A DNA stretch of 64,000 nucleotides from an uncultured cyanobacterium (GCA_963703315.1 OY969811.1:2240001-2304000); one strand, 5' to 3'; shown: positions 49,002 through 58,777, counted from the stretch's first letter. Numbers and translations: made by a program. Notes: generated by a model not told the origin, from the letters alone.

Positions 49002-49906
49002 TGTCGAATTTACCTATTGAAGTTACTCCTTTGCGATCGCAGTTAACAGAAGCAACCTCGATCGCCCTTGTTGATAATATCCAATTTTGTCTAGTGTCCA
49101 CGTCCTTCACCAGTGAAGTGATTTTGACCAGCTATGTCTGTGACGGCACGAGTCCAAGTCACGACGATGCTCCAATTTTGCTATTGCATGGCTTTGATAG
49201 TTCTCTATTAGAGTTTCGCCGACTGCTACCAAAATTAGCGACTTCCCGACAAACTTTTGCCATGGATTTGTTTGGCTTTGGTCTAACGGAAAGACTGAAA
49301 GATAGTCAAGTTAGTCCTGATGCGATCAAAGATCATCTGTATTATTTCTGGAAAACCGCGATCGCTAAGCCTATTATTCTAGTCGGTGCATCGATGGGTG
49401 GTGCAGCTGCGATCGACTTTGCTCTCACCTATCCCGATGTTGTGCAGAAATTAATTCTGATCGGGAGTGCAGGATTGCGAAAAGGAACGGTTGCGGGTAA
49501 GTTTCTCGTATCACCGTTAGATCGCATGGCGACAAATTTTTTACGCAGTCCCAAAGTCCGCCGCGAAGTCAGTCTCAAAGCCTATGCCGATTCGAGTTTT
49601 GTCACAACTGATGCCGAGGTTTGTGCATCGCTACATTTGGCGATGCCGCAATGGAGTGAATCTTTAATTTCCTTTACCAAAAGTGGTGGTTACGGTTCCT
49701 TTGCAAATCAGTTGCCATATTTACAACAAGAAACGTTAATTCTGTGGGGCGATCGCGATCGCATTTTAGGAACACAAGATGCCCCTAAGTTTCAAGCAAT
49801 AATTCCCAATAGCAAACTGGTTTGGATTGAAAATAGCGGTCATGTTCCGCATCTTGAGCGTTCTACAACTACCGCCCAAGAGATTTTCAAATTTATAAAT
49901 GGTTAA
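49001..49906 (+). CDS. Alpha/beta fold hydrolase
   Basis: LLHGFDSS, DLFGFG, GASMGG nucleophile elbow, WG..D, GHVPH. Confidence 0.9.
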   Translation: MSNLPIEVTPLRSQLTEATSIALVDNIQFCLVSTSFTSEVILTSYVCDGTSPSHDDAPILLLHGFDSSLLEFRRLLPKLATSRQTFAMDLFGFGLTERLKDSQVSPDAIKDHLYYFWKTAIAKPIILVGASMGGAAAIDFALTYPDVVQKLILIGSAGLRKGTVAGKFLVSPLDRMATNFLRSPKVRREVSLKAYADSSFVTTDAEVCASLHLAMPQWSESLISFTKSGGYGSFANQLPYLQQETLILWGDRDRILGTQDAPKFQAIIPNSKLVWIENSGHVPHLERSTTTAQEIFKFING

Positions 49907-49940
49907 TAGACAAGGAGCTTAAGCCTTTTATCTATCAACT

Positions 49941-50090
49941 TAGGACTTACGCAAAACGTAAATTGCCCTCATCCCCCAACCCCTTCTCCCAGAACGGGAG
50001 AAGGGGAGTAAAGCAATTTTCTGGTTCCCCTCGCCCTTAATGGGAGAGGGGCTAGGGGTGAGGGTTTTAGAAAATTATGCGTAAGTCCTA
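49941..50090. mobile_element. MITE, 150 bp, carrying a dispersed-repeat core
   Basis: TIRs TAGGACTTACGCA / TGCGTAAGTCCTA; CAACT direct repeat at 49936-49940 and 50091-50095. Confidence 0.85.
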
Positions 50091-50114
50091 CAACTAATAA
50101 TTGAGGTCATAGCC

Positions 50115-50762
50115 ATGAAAATAATTGCGATCGCCCTTGCAGGTGGCAAAAGTTCGCGAATGGGGCGTGATAAAGCTTTATTAGAAATTAATGGCGCATC
50201 CCTATTATTAAAAACCTGTCGGAATGCCTTACAGGTCGCTGACTCGGTGTATGTAGTCGCCCGTAGCCAAGAGCAATATCAATCAGCGATCGCCCAAAAT
50301 CTTGATCCAACTCAGATCTCGCTAGTATTAGATCAGCAGTTTGATGGTGCATTAGTAGGCTTTTGGCAGGGAATTGAGGCGATCGCTAATACATCTCATA
50401 ATTTGCCTGATTGGATACTATTGCTTGCTTGCGATTTGCCAAATATTCAAGGTGATATTCTCCAACTTTGGGCGAGTCAATTAGCGAATTTATCTGAAAA
50501 TATTCCTGAAAGGGCGATCGCCTATTTACCCAGATATTTAGATCATAATTCTCAAAAACAATGGGAACCTCTTTGTGGCTTCTATCGCTGGCAATGTCGA
50601 GATTCGCTAGCGGAGTTTATGGTCAAGGGTGGGCGATCGTTCCAAAAATGGTTAGGCAATCACGAAGTTGTCGAGATCGCAAATGTCCCTATCTCAGTGC
50701 TATTTAATTGCAATACTCCAGAGGATTTTCGCTCCACATATAAAACCCATCTGGGATCTTAG
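50115..50762 (+). CDS. mobA: Molybdenum cofactor guanylyltransferase
   Basis: LAGGKSSRMGRDKA, LACDLP, EPLC, FNCNTPED. Confidence 0.9.
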   Translation: MKIIAIALAGGKSSRMGRDKALLEINGASLLLKTCRNALQVADSVYVVARSQEQYQSAIAQNLDPTQISLVLDQQFDGALVGFWQGIEAIANTSHNLPDWILLLACDLPNIQGDILQLWASQLANLSENIPERAIAYLPRYLDHNSQKQWEPLCGFYRWQCRDSLAEFMVKGGRSFQKWLGNHEVVEIANVPISVLFNCNTPEDFRSTYKTHLGS

Positions 50763-50780
50763 GAAGCCTTTATAGCGTGG

Positions 50781-50895
50781 TATAGCAAACAAAGAGTTAG
50801 CTAGTACAAACCAAAACCCCAGAAGATGAGTGGCGGCGCGAAGCGCCGCCACTCATCTTCTGGTTTTATGTCCTAAGCAAAACTTGCTTTGCTAT
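50781..50895. repeat. Palindromic intergenic element (TATAGC...GCTATA family)
   Basis: Full-length copy with conserved asymmetric flanks and a GC-GAA-GC apex. Confidence 0.8.
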
Positions 50896-51120
50896 ACAAA
50901 TTCCAAGCTATTTTTTTTGCGATCGCATTAGACATATAAAAACTAAGGCTGAGATGGTTTTGATATATCTGCAAGGCTTTTAAGCTATAATGGCAGAGTG
51001 TTTTTGAGTCTTTACTCACAACACATCCTAAAACACTATAACAAGAGCGCTAAAAAGTTTTTCGTAACTTTATCTATAGCTATCTTGCAAGCGACATAAC
51101 TTCTGGAGTTGTTTACCTTC

Positions 51121-54100
51121 ATGCCTGAGATCATTACAGAAACTTACAATGCCAATCAGATCCAAGTCCTTGAGGGTCTAGAAGCAGTTCGTAAACGACC
51201 TGGGATGTATATCGGCACAACGGGACCGAAAGGATTACATCACCTCGTTTTTGAAGTCGTTGACAACAGCGTCGATGAAGCCCTTGCAGGACATTGCGAT
51301 CGCATTTTAGTTGAGCTTCTGCCCGATGGCTCTGTCCAAGTCTCCGATAACGGACGCGGCATCCCCATCGATATTCACCCAAAAACTGGTAAATCTGCCC
51401 TCGAAACTGTACTAACTGTCCTCCACGCTGGTGGTAAATTTGGCGATGGTGGTTACAAAGTATCAGGTGGTCTGCACGGTGTCGGTATCTCCGTAGTTAA
51501 TGCCCTTTCCGAATGGGTAGAGGTATCAGTATGGCGCTTAGATACGGTCTATACTCAAAGATACGAGCGCGGTTTTCCTGTTAGTGAACTCATTCCTAGT
51601 AAGAGTCAGGAAACAAGGCGGGGTACACAGGTACGTTTCAAGCCTGATCCGCAAATTTTCACCACGCAAACCGAATTTGAGTACGATATTCTCGCTAGCC
51701 GTCTCAAAGAACTTGCCTACCTCAATGCTGGCGTAAAAATCGAGTATAGCGATCGCCGAGGTGCAGAAGTTCGCACCGATATCTTTTGCTATGAAGGCGG
51801 TATTCGCGAATATGTCGCCTACATGACCCGTGATAAGGAACCGATTCACCCTGACATTATTTATGTGAATGGTGAGCGCGATAACGTGGTAGTGGAAGTT
51901 GCTCTGCAATGGTGCATCGACTCCTACAATGACAACGTTTTAGGCTTTGCGAATAATATTCGTACCATCGATGGTGGTACGCATTTGGAAGGTCTAAAGA
52001 CTGTTCTCACACGGACGATGAACGCGACAGCAAGACGTTTAAAAAAAATCAAAGAGGGTGAATCAAACCTTGCTGGTGAAAACGTTCGCGAAGGTTTAAC
52101 AGCCGTAATTTCGGTTAAAGTTACCGATCCTGAATTTGAGGGTCAAACTAAAACTAAGTTAGGTAATACGGAAGTACGCGGTATTGTTGACTCCTTCGTT
52201 GGTGAAGTTCTCAATGAATATCTAGAGTTTCATCCTGCGGTGGCGACTTCGATTATTGAGAAAGCGTTACAAGCCTTTAACGCTGCAGAAGCCGCCCGTC
52301 GCGCCCGTGAGCTAGTCCGCCGCAAGTCAGCCCTAGAGTCTTCCACTTTACCCGGAAAGCTCGCCGATTGCAGTTCCCGCGATCCGAAGGAATCAGAAAT
52401 TTTCATCGTTGAGGGAGATTCCGCAGGTGGTTGTTTTGATGGAGATACACTTGTAGCTCTAACCGATGGACGTAATCTTAGTTTCAAGGAATTGGTAGAA
52501 GAAGAAAAGGCTGGTCAGCAAAACTTCTGTTACACGATTCGTAACGATGGCACGATTGGGGTTGAGCGCATTATTAATGCCAGAATTACTAAGCAAAATG
52601 CAGAAGTAATTCGAGTCACTCTGGATAATGGTGAGCAGCTAATTTGTACACCTGATCATCCTTTTATGCTGCGCGATCGCACCTATAAGGCGGCGACTGA
52701 ACTTACAACTGATGATTCGTTAATGCCTCTCTATCGCAAGCTGTCTAACAAGCAAGATAAAGGCATAACCATTGATGGCTATGAAATGGTTTGGAATCCC
52801 AAATCAGATGGTTGGTTATTTACTCACATGATCGCAGATTGGTATAACCGCTATCACGGCGTGTATGAGCAGTCATCAGGTGAACATTGCCATCATCTTG
52901 ATTTCAATAAACTGAATAATAATCCAAGCAATCTCAAACGTTTGCCAGTTTCCGAACATTTGCAATTGCATCAAGTTCACATTGCTAAAACCTTGCATCG
53001 TCCTGAAGTGATTGAAAAATGCCGTCAATTAAAAACTACGGAAGAATTTCGCGATCGCATGAGTCAGAGGATGCAGGAACCTGCAACTAGAGAAATCCTC
53101 TCGCAACAGGCAAAAGCTCAGTGGCAAGACGCTGATTACAAAGCCTATATGACTGCGAAGTGGCGGGAATTCTATGAAAGCAATCCTGATTATCAACAAC
53201 AAAATCGTCAGCAGTTAGATCAGAGTCAGCGAGAATATTGGAGTAATCCTGAACACCGTCAGCAGCAATCTACAAGAACAAAAGAGTTTTTTGCTCAAAA
53301 TCCTGAAGCCAGACAACGCTTATCAGAAATTGCCCAGCAACAATGGCAAGATCCAGAATTGATCGATTGGCGACGGGTAAAAACTCAGGAGCAATGGACA
53401 GATAGCTTTAGAGCAAAACGTAAGTCGGCACTGCAACAAACTTATTACCGCAAAACCTTAGCTGCTCTTAAACAAGTTGCGGTTGAGAATGGTTGTCTTG
53501 ATTTAGATGCCTATCGTGCTTATCGCATTGATACGCGCGATAAATCTCTACTCAAGTTTGAGACATTTTGCGATCGCTATTTTGCAGGTAATTCTGACCT
53601 TGCAGTTGAGGCGGTGGCTAATTACAATCACCGCATTGCTAAGATTGAGAAACTAACTGATCGCATTGATGTTTATGACATCGAAGTGCCAAATACTCAT
53701 AACTTTGCGCTTGCTAGTGGTGTGTTTGTGCATAACAGTGCCAAACAAGGACGCGATCGCCATTATCAGGCAATCCTTCCATTGCGCGGTAAAGTTCTCA
53801 ATATCGAACGCGCCGATGACAGCAAGATTTATAAAAACAACGAAATCCAAGCCCTGATTACGGGATGTGGTTTGGGGATTAAAGGCGAAGACTTTAACGA
53901 GTCCCAACTGCGTTATCACAAAATCATTCTACTAGCGGATGCGGACGTGGATGGAGCGCACATTCGCACCCTTTTACTCACCTTCTTCTATCGCTATCAG
54001 CGAGAACTGCTCGATCGCGGATTTATCTATATTGGTTGCCCTCCACTATATAAATTGGAGCGCGGCAAAAATGCTCAGTACTGCTATAGCGATCGCGATT

Positions 54101-54360
54101 TACAAGCAGCGATCGCCTCTTTCCCTCCTAATGCTAACTACAACATTCAGCGCTTTAAAGGTTTGGGCGAAATGATGCCTCAACAGCTATGGGAAACGAC
54201 GATGAACCCTGCCACGCGATCGCTCAAGCGCCTGACCATCGAAGATGCTGCCGAAGCCGATCGCATTTTCACAATCTTGATGGGTGACAAAGTTGCACCA
54301 CGTCGTGAATTTATCGAGACTTACGGCTCGAAACTGGGGCTTGCGGATCTCGATATCTAA
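51121..54360 (+). CDS. gyrB: DNA gyrase subunit B (intein-containing)
   Basis: LEAVRKRPGMYIG, EVVDNS.DE, GGLHGVG, VEGDSAGG/SAKQGR, PLRGK, DADVDG.HI, RFKGLGEM. Confidence 0.97.
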   Translation: MPEIITETYNANQIQVLEGLEAVRKRPGMYIGTTGPKGLHHLVFEVVDNSVDEALAGHCDRILVELLPDGSVQVSDNGRGIPIDIHPKTGKSALETVLTVLHAGGKFGDGGYKVSGGLHGVGISVVNALSEWVEVSVWRLDTVYTQRYERGFPVSELIPSKSQETRRGTQVRFKPDPQIFTTQTEFEYDILASRLKELAYLNAGVKIEYSDRRGAEVRTDIFCYEGGIREYVAYMTRDKEPIHPDIIYVNGERDNVVVEVALQWCIDSYNDNVLGFANNIRTIDGGTHLEGLKTVLTRTMNATARRLKKIKEGESNLAGENVREGLTAVISVKVTDPEFEGQTKTKLGNTEVRGIVDSFVGEVLNEYLEFHPAVATSIIEKALQAFNAAEAARRARELVRRKSALESSTLPGKLADCSSRDPKESEIFIVEGDSAGGCFDGDTLVALTDGRNLSFKELVEEEKAGQQNFCYTIRNDGTIGVERIINARITKQNAEVIRVTLDNGEQLICTPDHPFMLRDRTYKAATELTTDDSLMPLYRKLSNKQDKGITIDGYEMVWNPKSDGWLFTHMIADWYNRYHGVYEQSSGEHCHHLDFNKLNNNPSNLKRLPVSEHLQLHQVHIAKTLHRPEVIEKCRQLKTTEEFRDRMSQRMQEPATREILSQQAKAQWQDADYKAYMTAKWREFYESNPDYQQQNRQQLDQSQREYWSNPEHRQQQSTRTKEFFAQNPEARQRLSEIAQQQWQDPELIDWRRVKTQEQWTDSFRAKRKSALQQTYYRKTLAALKQVAVENGCLDLDAYRAYRIDTRDKSLLKFETFCDRYFAGNSDLAVEAVANYNHRIAKIEKLTDRIDVYDIEVPNTHNFALASGVFVHNSAKQGRDRHYQAILPLRGKVLNIERADDSKIYKNNEIQALITGCGLGIKGEDFNESQLRYHKIILLADADVDGAHIRTLLLTFFYRYQRELLDRGFIYIGCPPLYKLERGKNAQYCYSDRDLQAAIASFPPNANYNIQRFKGLGEMMPQQLWETTMNPATRSLKRLTIEDAAEADRIFTILMGDKVAPRREFIETYGSKLGLADLDI
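52432..53736 (+). mobile_element. GyrB intein (435 aa) with HNH homing-endonuclease motif
   Basis: Begins CFDGDT, block B CTPDHPF, HCHHLDFNKLNN.PSNL, ends VYDIEV..THNF...GVFVHN/S; interrupts EGDSAGG-SAK. Confidence 0.95.
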
Positions 54361-54391
54361 ACAAAAAAGGCGGCGCAATGCGCCGCCTTTT

Positions 54392-55846
54392 TTATGGTAA
54401 TTGATTGACAAATTCTCGAAAGGTTTGGGTCGAATCTCGACGCTGATTTTGATAATTCTTCAATAATTGCTCAATTAGAGCAGGTATATTTTCGGTATGA
54501 GATTCTGTATATACTTCCCTACCAAAGTTAGTATCGCCATCACCTATATAAACTCTGTAAGCTTCGGGATTATTTTTATCCTTGGACTGAATTCCTACTA
54601 GAGCAATATCACTGGGGTGATGCTGAGCGCAAGACTTATCACATCCTGAGAAGTGGATATTGATGGGATGATCAAGCTCGATACATTTCTCCAAATAAGT
54701 AGCAACTTTTTTCGCGTCAGCTTGCGTATCCGTAAATGCTGATTTGCATCCTTTATATCCAGAACAAGCAGCGATCGCTGAATATGGATGATTAGCAGAA
54801 ATAGATAATCCTAAATTCAAGATTGCCTCTGTTACCTCCTCGATATCAGCTTCAGCAATATCCGTAATTAGCAGATTTTGATAAGGTGTTAACCGTAAAG
54901 CCCCACCACCATATTGTTTTGCCAAATTTCCTAAACCTTGAACCTGAGCAACCGTTAATCTTCCTAAAGGAACAACCACACCAATATAGAAAAGTCCTGA
55001 TTGCTTCTGAGGATGAATCCCTAAATGCTCATAAACCTCAAACGATCTTATTCCCCTCTCCCCTAATGGGAGAGGGGCTAGGGGTGAGGGTCTTAATGCA
55101 TAACCTAGTTTCTGCTCAACTAGATCCAGATACTTTTCTACACCCCAATCTTGAACTAGTTCTCTCAATCTAGGAGGACGCGATCGCGAACAATTTTGAT
55201 CGAGCCTTTGCTCTGTATATTCACGATAAACTTCTGTCAGTAATGCAAGAACTTCGAGAATTTGTGTCTGAGAAATTAAAACACCGACTGGTGAAGGAGA
55301 ATCACCACGATCGCCTAAACCTAAATGTAAATCAAAGTAAATCTCGCTATCAATCTCAATTGCTTTTAAACAAATATCATTGGGGCGATCGCTGACAACA
55401 ATAGTTTCACCACCATCAAAGCAAACACTAAACTTATTTGAGAGAATTGCTAATTCTAGATGCTGTGACAGATAGACATTCCATTCTTTGACAAAAGGAA
55501 TTGTATTGATTTTAGCGTAAGGATCGATTCCTGCGCTAGGACTCGCCATGATGTTGCGTAAGCCGTCCGTACTCGACTCACTCGAAGCTAGTCCATAGTC
55601 TTGCAGATCGAGCAGAGTATCAAAACTCAGAGCCTGACTGGTGCGAATTTGCAAGTTAGCACGATTAGTAATTTGAATTTCATCATTTCCAAATTGCTTA
55701 ACAACCTGTACAAGAAGTTCGCATTGTGTAGAAGTAATCACCCCCGCAGGTAAACGGATACGCGAAAGAATGCCATCTTGGGCAGTGGTGGCATTAAAGA
55801 GACTGGGACAAATAGCTGTAGTAGATTGCAATTGAGAAAATTCCAA
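54392..55846 (-). CDS. cobG: Precorrin-3B synthase
   Basis: CP.L....A.DG.L.RIR.P.G, TNRANLQIR, RNIMASP.AGID, ACSG..GC, HFSGC.KSCA; adjacent to cobW. Confidence 0.85.
   Translation of the reverse strand: MEFSQLQSTTAICPSLFNATTAQDGILSRIRLPAGVITSTQCELLVQVVKQFGNDEIQITNRANLQIRTSQALSFDTLLDLQDYGLASSESSTDGLRNIMASPSAGIDPYAKINTIPFVKEWNVYLSQHLELAILSNKFSVCFDGGETIVVSDRPNDICLKAIEIDSEIYFDLHLGLGDRGDSPSPVGVLISQTQILEVLALLTEVYREYTEQRLDQNCSRSRPPRLRELVQDWGVEKYLDLVEQKLGYALRPSPLAPLPLGERGIRSFEVYEHLGIHPQKQSGLFYIGVVVPLGRLTVAQVQGLGNLAKQYGGGALRLTPYQNLLITDIAEADIEEVTEAILNLGLSISANHPYSAIAACSGYKGCKSAFTDTQADAKKVATYLEKCIELDHPINIHFSGCDKSCAQHHPSDIALVGIQSKDKNNPEAYRVYIGDGDTNFGREVYTESHTENIPALIEQLLKNYQNQRRDSTQTFREFVNQLP
55050..55095. 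repeat. Half dispersed-repeat unit inside cobG, in frame
   Basis: ttcccctctcccctaatgggagaggggctaggggtgagggtctta matches 9150-9194; encodes RPSPLAPLPLGERG. Confidence 0.8.
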
Positions 55847-55888
55847 AAAATAATTACATTGTGAAGGCGCAATGCGCCTTCACAATGT

Positions 55889-56929
55889 CTATAAACTTAG
55901 CGCCGCTTCAATCTGCGATCGCTCTAAAGATTGACCGATAAATACTAAACGAGTTTGGCGAGTTTCATCACTAGCCCAAAGTCGATCATAAGAAGTCTCA
56001 AGGCGATCGCCTACACCTTGTAAAACCATCCGCATCGGTTTGTTCGGCACATTCACAAATCCCTTAATGCGATAAATTTCCTGATCAGCGATCGCTTGTT
56101 TGAGCGAAGCTAATAACTGAGTTGGCTCAAAAGCTTGCTCAGTTACGATATTAATCGAATTAATATCATCATCATGCTCATGTTCTTCTTCAGAATCATG
56201 ATGGCTAGGACGAGAATCTAAATTATCCTCAACCGCCGCATTAAAACCCAACAGAATCTCAGAGCTAATTTTGCCTTCATCGCAAGCGATCACCTTAACC
56301 CCTTCGCGCAATTCTTGCTTAAGCCATGAATGCACTTTATTTTGAGCGTCGGCATCCACCAAATCTGTTTTGGTTAATAAAACCAAATCGGCACAGGCTA
56401 ACTGATCTTCAAATAACTCTTCAATGGGAGTTTCATGCTCGAGATTGGGATCTTCTTGACGCTGAGCATTTAAAGCATCCAGATCACCGACCAATTTGCC
56501 ACTAGCAACTGCCTCGCAGTCAACAACGGCAATCACACCGTCAACCGTTGCGCCATTGCGAATTTCTTGCCAACGGAACGCTTGAATTAAGGGTTTTGGT
56601 AATGCTAAGCCAGAGGTTTCGATGAGAATGCAATCAATGCGATCGCGTCTTTTTAGAAGTTCCTGCATCGTTGGCAAGAATTCCTCTTGCACGGTGCAGC
56701 AAAGACAGCCATTGGTCAGTTCCACAATATTGGGTGTAACCTCTGTGCCATCTTCATCACAAACACGACAAGAACGCAGCAAGTCGCCATCAATCCCGAT
56801 CTCACCAAATTCATTTACAAGTACAGCAATGCGCCGACCTTGATTATTTTGTAACTGCTCCCGAATGAGCGTAGTTTTGCCACTGCCCAAAAAGCCAGTA
56901 ATCACAGTTACAGGTATTTTCGCTGCCAT
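55889..56929 (-). CDS. cobW: Cobalamin biosynthesis GTPase
   Basis: TGFLGSGKTT, NEFGE, GCLCCTV, ETSGLALPKPL..AF.W, His/Glu-rich segment, YRIKGF. Confidence 0.95.
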   Translation of the reverse strand: MAAKIPVTVITGFLGSGKTTLIREQLQNNQGRRIAVLVNEFGEIGIDGDLLRSCRVCDEDGTEVTPNIVELTNGCLCCTVQEEFLPTMQELLKRRDRIDCILIETSGLALPKPLIQAFRWQEIRNGATVDGVIAVVDCEAVASGKLVGDLDALNAQRQEDPNLEHETPIEELFEDQLACADLVLLTKTDLVDADAQNKVHSWLKQELREGVKVIACDEGKISSEILLGFNAAVEDNLDSRPSHHDSEEEHEHDDDINSINIVTEQAFEPTQLLASLKQAIADQEIYRIKGFVNVPNKPMRMVLQGVGDRLETSYDRLWASDETRQTRLVFIGQSLERSQIEAALSL

Positions 56930-57071
56930 AATTTGTCTCTAAAAATTTTTAAAAACCACATCTCAGGGTTTGTATGGTCGGTACATAGCACCGCCCATAC
57001 AAACTCTTGATAATTGCCAAAATTGCAAAAGTAGGGGCAACTCATGAATTGCCCCTACTTTGATGAATGCT

Positions 57072-57746
57072 CTAACCTTTAGGTGCAGGGATGATCAGAG
57101 AAGAAATATTCGAGGCTAAAAACGCAGCACCAATTCCGCAAATTACTAATCCTGCTGACTTGAGGCTAGGTGCTACTTGAGCAAAATCACCTTTGAGGAC
57201 TTTTTGAGCAACAAAGAAAGCGGAACCCGAAATAACTAGTTGAATTAAGGTGAAGCCAACTAAATAAGAAACTAAAGCGGTAGTTTGTGCGCCAAAAATT
57301 GCTTCCCCATAGGCATGACCGTGAAACAGTCCTGAAGCTGCGGATAAGGCAATCATCACTAATGCGTTAGGGCTATTTTTAGTGGCTAGCAAAATGCCAA
57401 ATAGCAAGATTGAAGCTGAGACTACTAGCTCTACTACAGGCAAATTCACACCCATGAGGTGAAGTCCAGTGCCAATCATTGCCGATAGAACGAAGGATAG
57501 GGGAATGAAGAAACCTTGAGGTTTGACTGCTGCAAATAAACCGACAGCAACAATAAAGGCAAGATGGTCAACCCCAATTACAGGGTGCGCCAATCCTGAC
57601 ATGAAGCCTTCAAAAAAGTTACTCGGAACTCTGCCGCCCATCGGATGATGCGCTGAGGCGGGACTAGCAAATACTAAAAAGCTAAAACCAAAGGCGATCG
57701 CCAAAGCTTTAGACTGAAATGACGAAAAAATCTTAGACAAATTCAT
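57072..57746 (-). CDS. HupE/UreJ family metal (probably cobalt) transporter
   Basis: Signal peptide then HHPMGG, GLAHPVIG.DHL, FHGHAYGE; lies downstream of a B12 riboswitch. Confidence 0.9.
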   Translation of the reverse strand: MNLSKIFSSFQSKALAIAFGFSFLVFASPASAHHPMGGRVPSNFFEGFMSGLAHPVIGVDHLAFIVAVGLFAAVKPQGFFIPLSFVLSAMIGTGLHLMGVNLPVVELVVSASILLFGILLATKNSPNALVMIALSAASGLFHGHAYGEAIFGAQTTALVSYLVGFTLIQLVISGSAFFVAQKVLKGDFAQVAPSLKSAGLVICGIGAAFLASNISSLIIPAPKG

Positions 57747-57782
57747 ACTCTGTGACTCGCAGATATGGACAAATTAAACTAG

Positions 57783-58032
57783 TTCTAGCGGGCATCCTGA
57801 CTTTAAGCACTTAAATTTAAGTTTCTAAAAGAAAACTAACAACAACATATTTAGAATATGTTGTTTGATTTTGAAATTAGTGTTAGCTAATTTCAAAATC
57901 TCTTAAGTACCTTTACAGTTGCGGTACAGCGTTGGACTTTCACCAAACTTTCCCCATTTGAGATTTAGATAAACAAAAGTATTTAGCTTAATCTCATTTT
58001 TAACGGCTGTTCCCCGTTAAAACTAGAACGGC
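57783..58032 (-). ncRNA. Cobalamin riboswitch
   Basis: Minus strand: ...taacggggaacagccgtta...aatggggaaagtttggtgaaagtccaacgctgtaccgcaactgtaa...aagtcaggatgcccgctag; upstream of hupE-cobW-cobG. Confidence 0.88.
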
Positions 58033-58215
58033 TTTACGACTTTACAATAATTCGCATACGTTATGAGCAAATCTTGGCAATCGATAGCTAAGAAGTCGTA
58101 CTTTGCACGACTTCTCTTTTTGAGATTTAAAAGGTTAAGTTTTAGCTGTTGCTTCTCGATACTTGCAAAACCTATGATGAAATCTAGATGAACTCAAATT
58201 TGTGAGCAAATTTTT

Positions 58216-58545
58216 ATGGCTAATATCCGTGAAGTAACTGGCGATCCTAATGAATTTTGGAGTGAGCTAAGTTGGTCAGATCTCACTAGTGACGAGCAAG
58301 CTCTTTGGACGCAATTAGGCTGGAGCGAAGAAAGTTGGGATGAAGAGGAAGATTTTCCTGAATGGGATGATCTGTCCAGTGAAGACAAAAAACTTTGGGG
58401 TGTGCTTGGCTGGAGCAAAGATAGCTGGGAAGGTGAAGATGATATCCCTGAATCGGCTGAAAAAGCTTGGGAAGACCTTACTAGTGACGAGCAAGCTGCC
58501 GCAATTAAGCTTGGCTATACCCCAGAAAAATGGGATGACGAGTAG
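58216..58545 (+). CDS. Acidic Trp-rich repeat protein
   Basis: Three repeats of W.DL(T/S)S(D/E)(E/D)......LG(W/Y)....W(D/E); followed by a hairpin at 58549-58585. Confidence 0.75.
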   Translation: MANIREVTGDPNEFWSELSWSDLTSDEQALWTQLGWSEESWDEEEDFPEWDDLSSEDKKLWGVLGWSKDSWEGEDDIPESAEKAWEDLTSDEQAAAIKLGYTPEKWDDE

Positions 58546-58694
58546 TTATCAAGAGATGGGTGGCAAGTATTGCCACCCATCTCTTTAAGGTTTCGTTTTG
58601 CGACTTAACAAGTATGATTTTTGAGCGATATCAACGATTTAAAAAATTCTGATCATAAATTCACTCATTTTGCGCTAGAATAACGAAGCCTTTC

Positions 58695-58777
58695 GGGGGT
58701 GTGGCGGAATGGTAGACGCTACGGACTTAAAATCCGTTGACCGTAAGGTCGTAAGGGTTCAAGTCCCTTCACCCCCA
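58695..58777 (+). tRNA. trnL: tRNA-Leu(TAA), intron-less
   Basis: Acceptor GGGGGTG/CACCCCC-A, D-arm GGCGGAATGGTAGACGC, anticodon arm ACGGA-CTTAAAA-TCCGT, long variable arm, GTTCAAGT T-loop; CCA not encoded. Confidence 0.95.
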
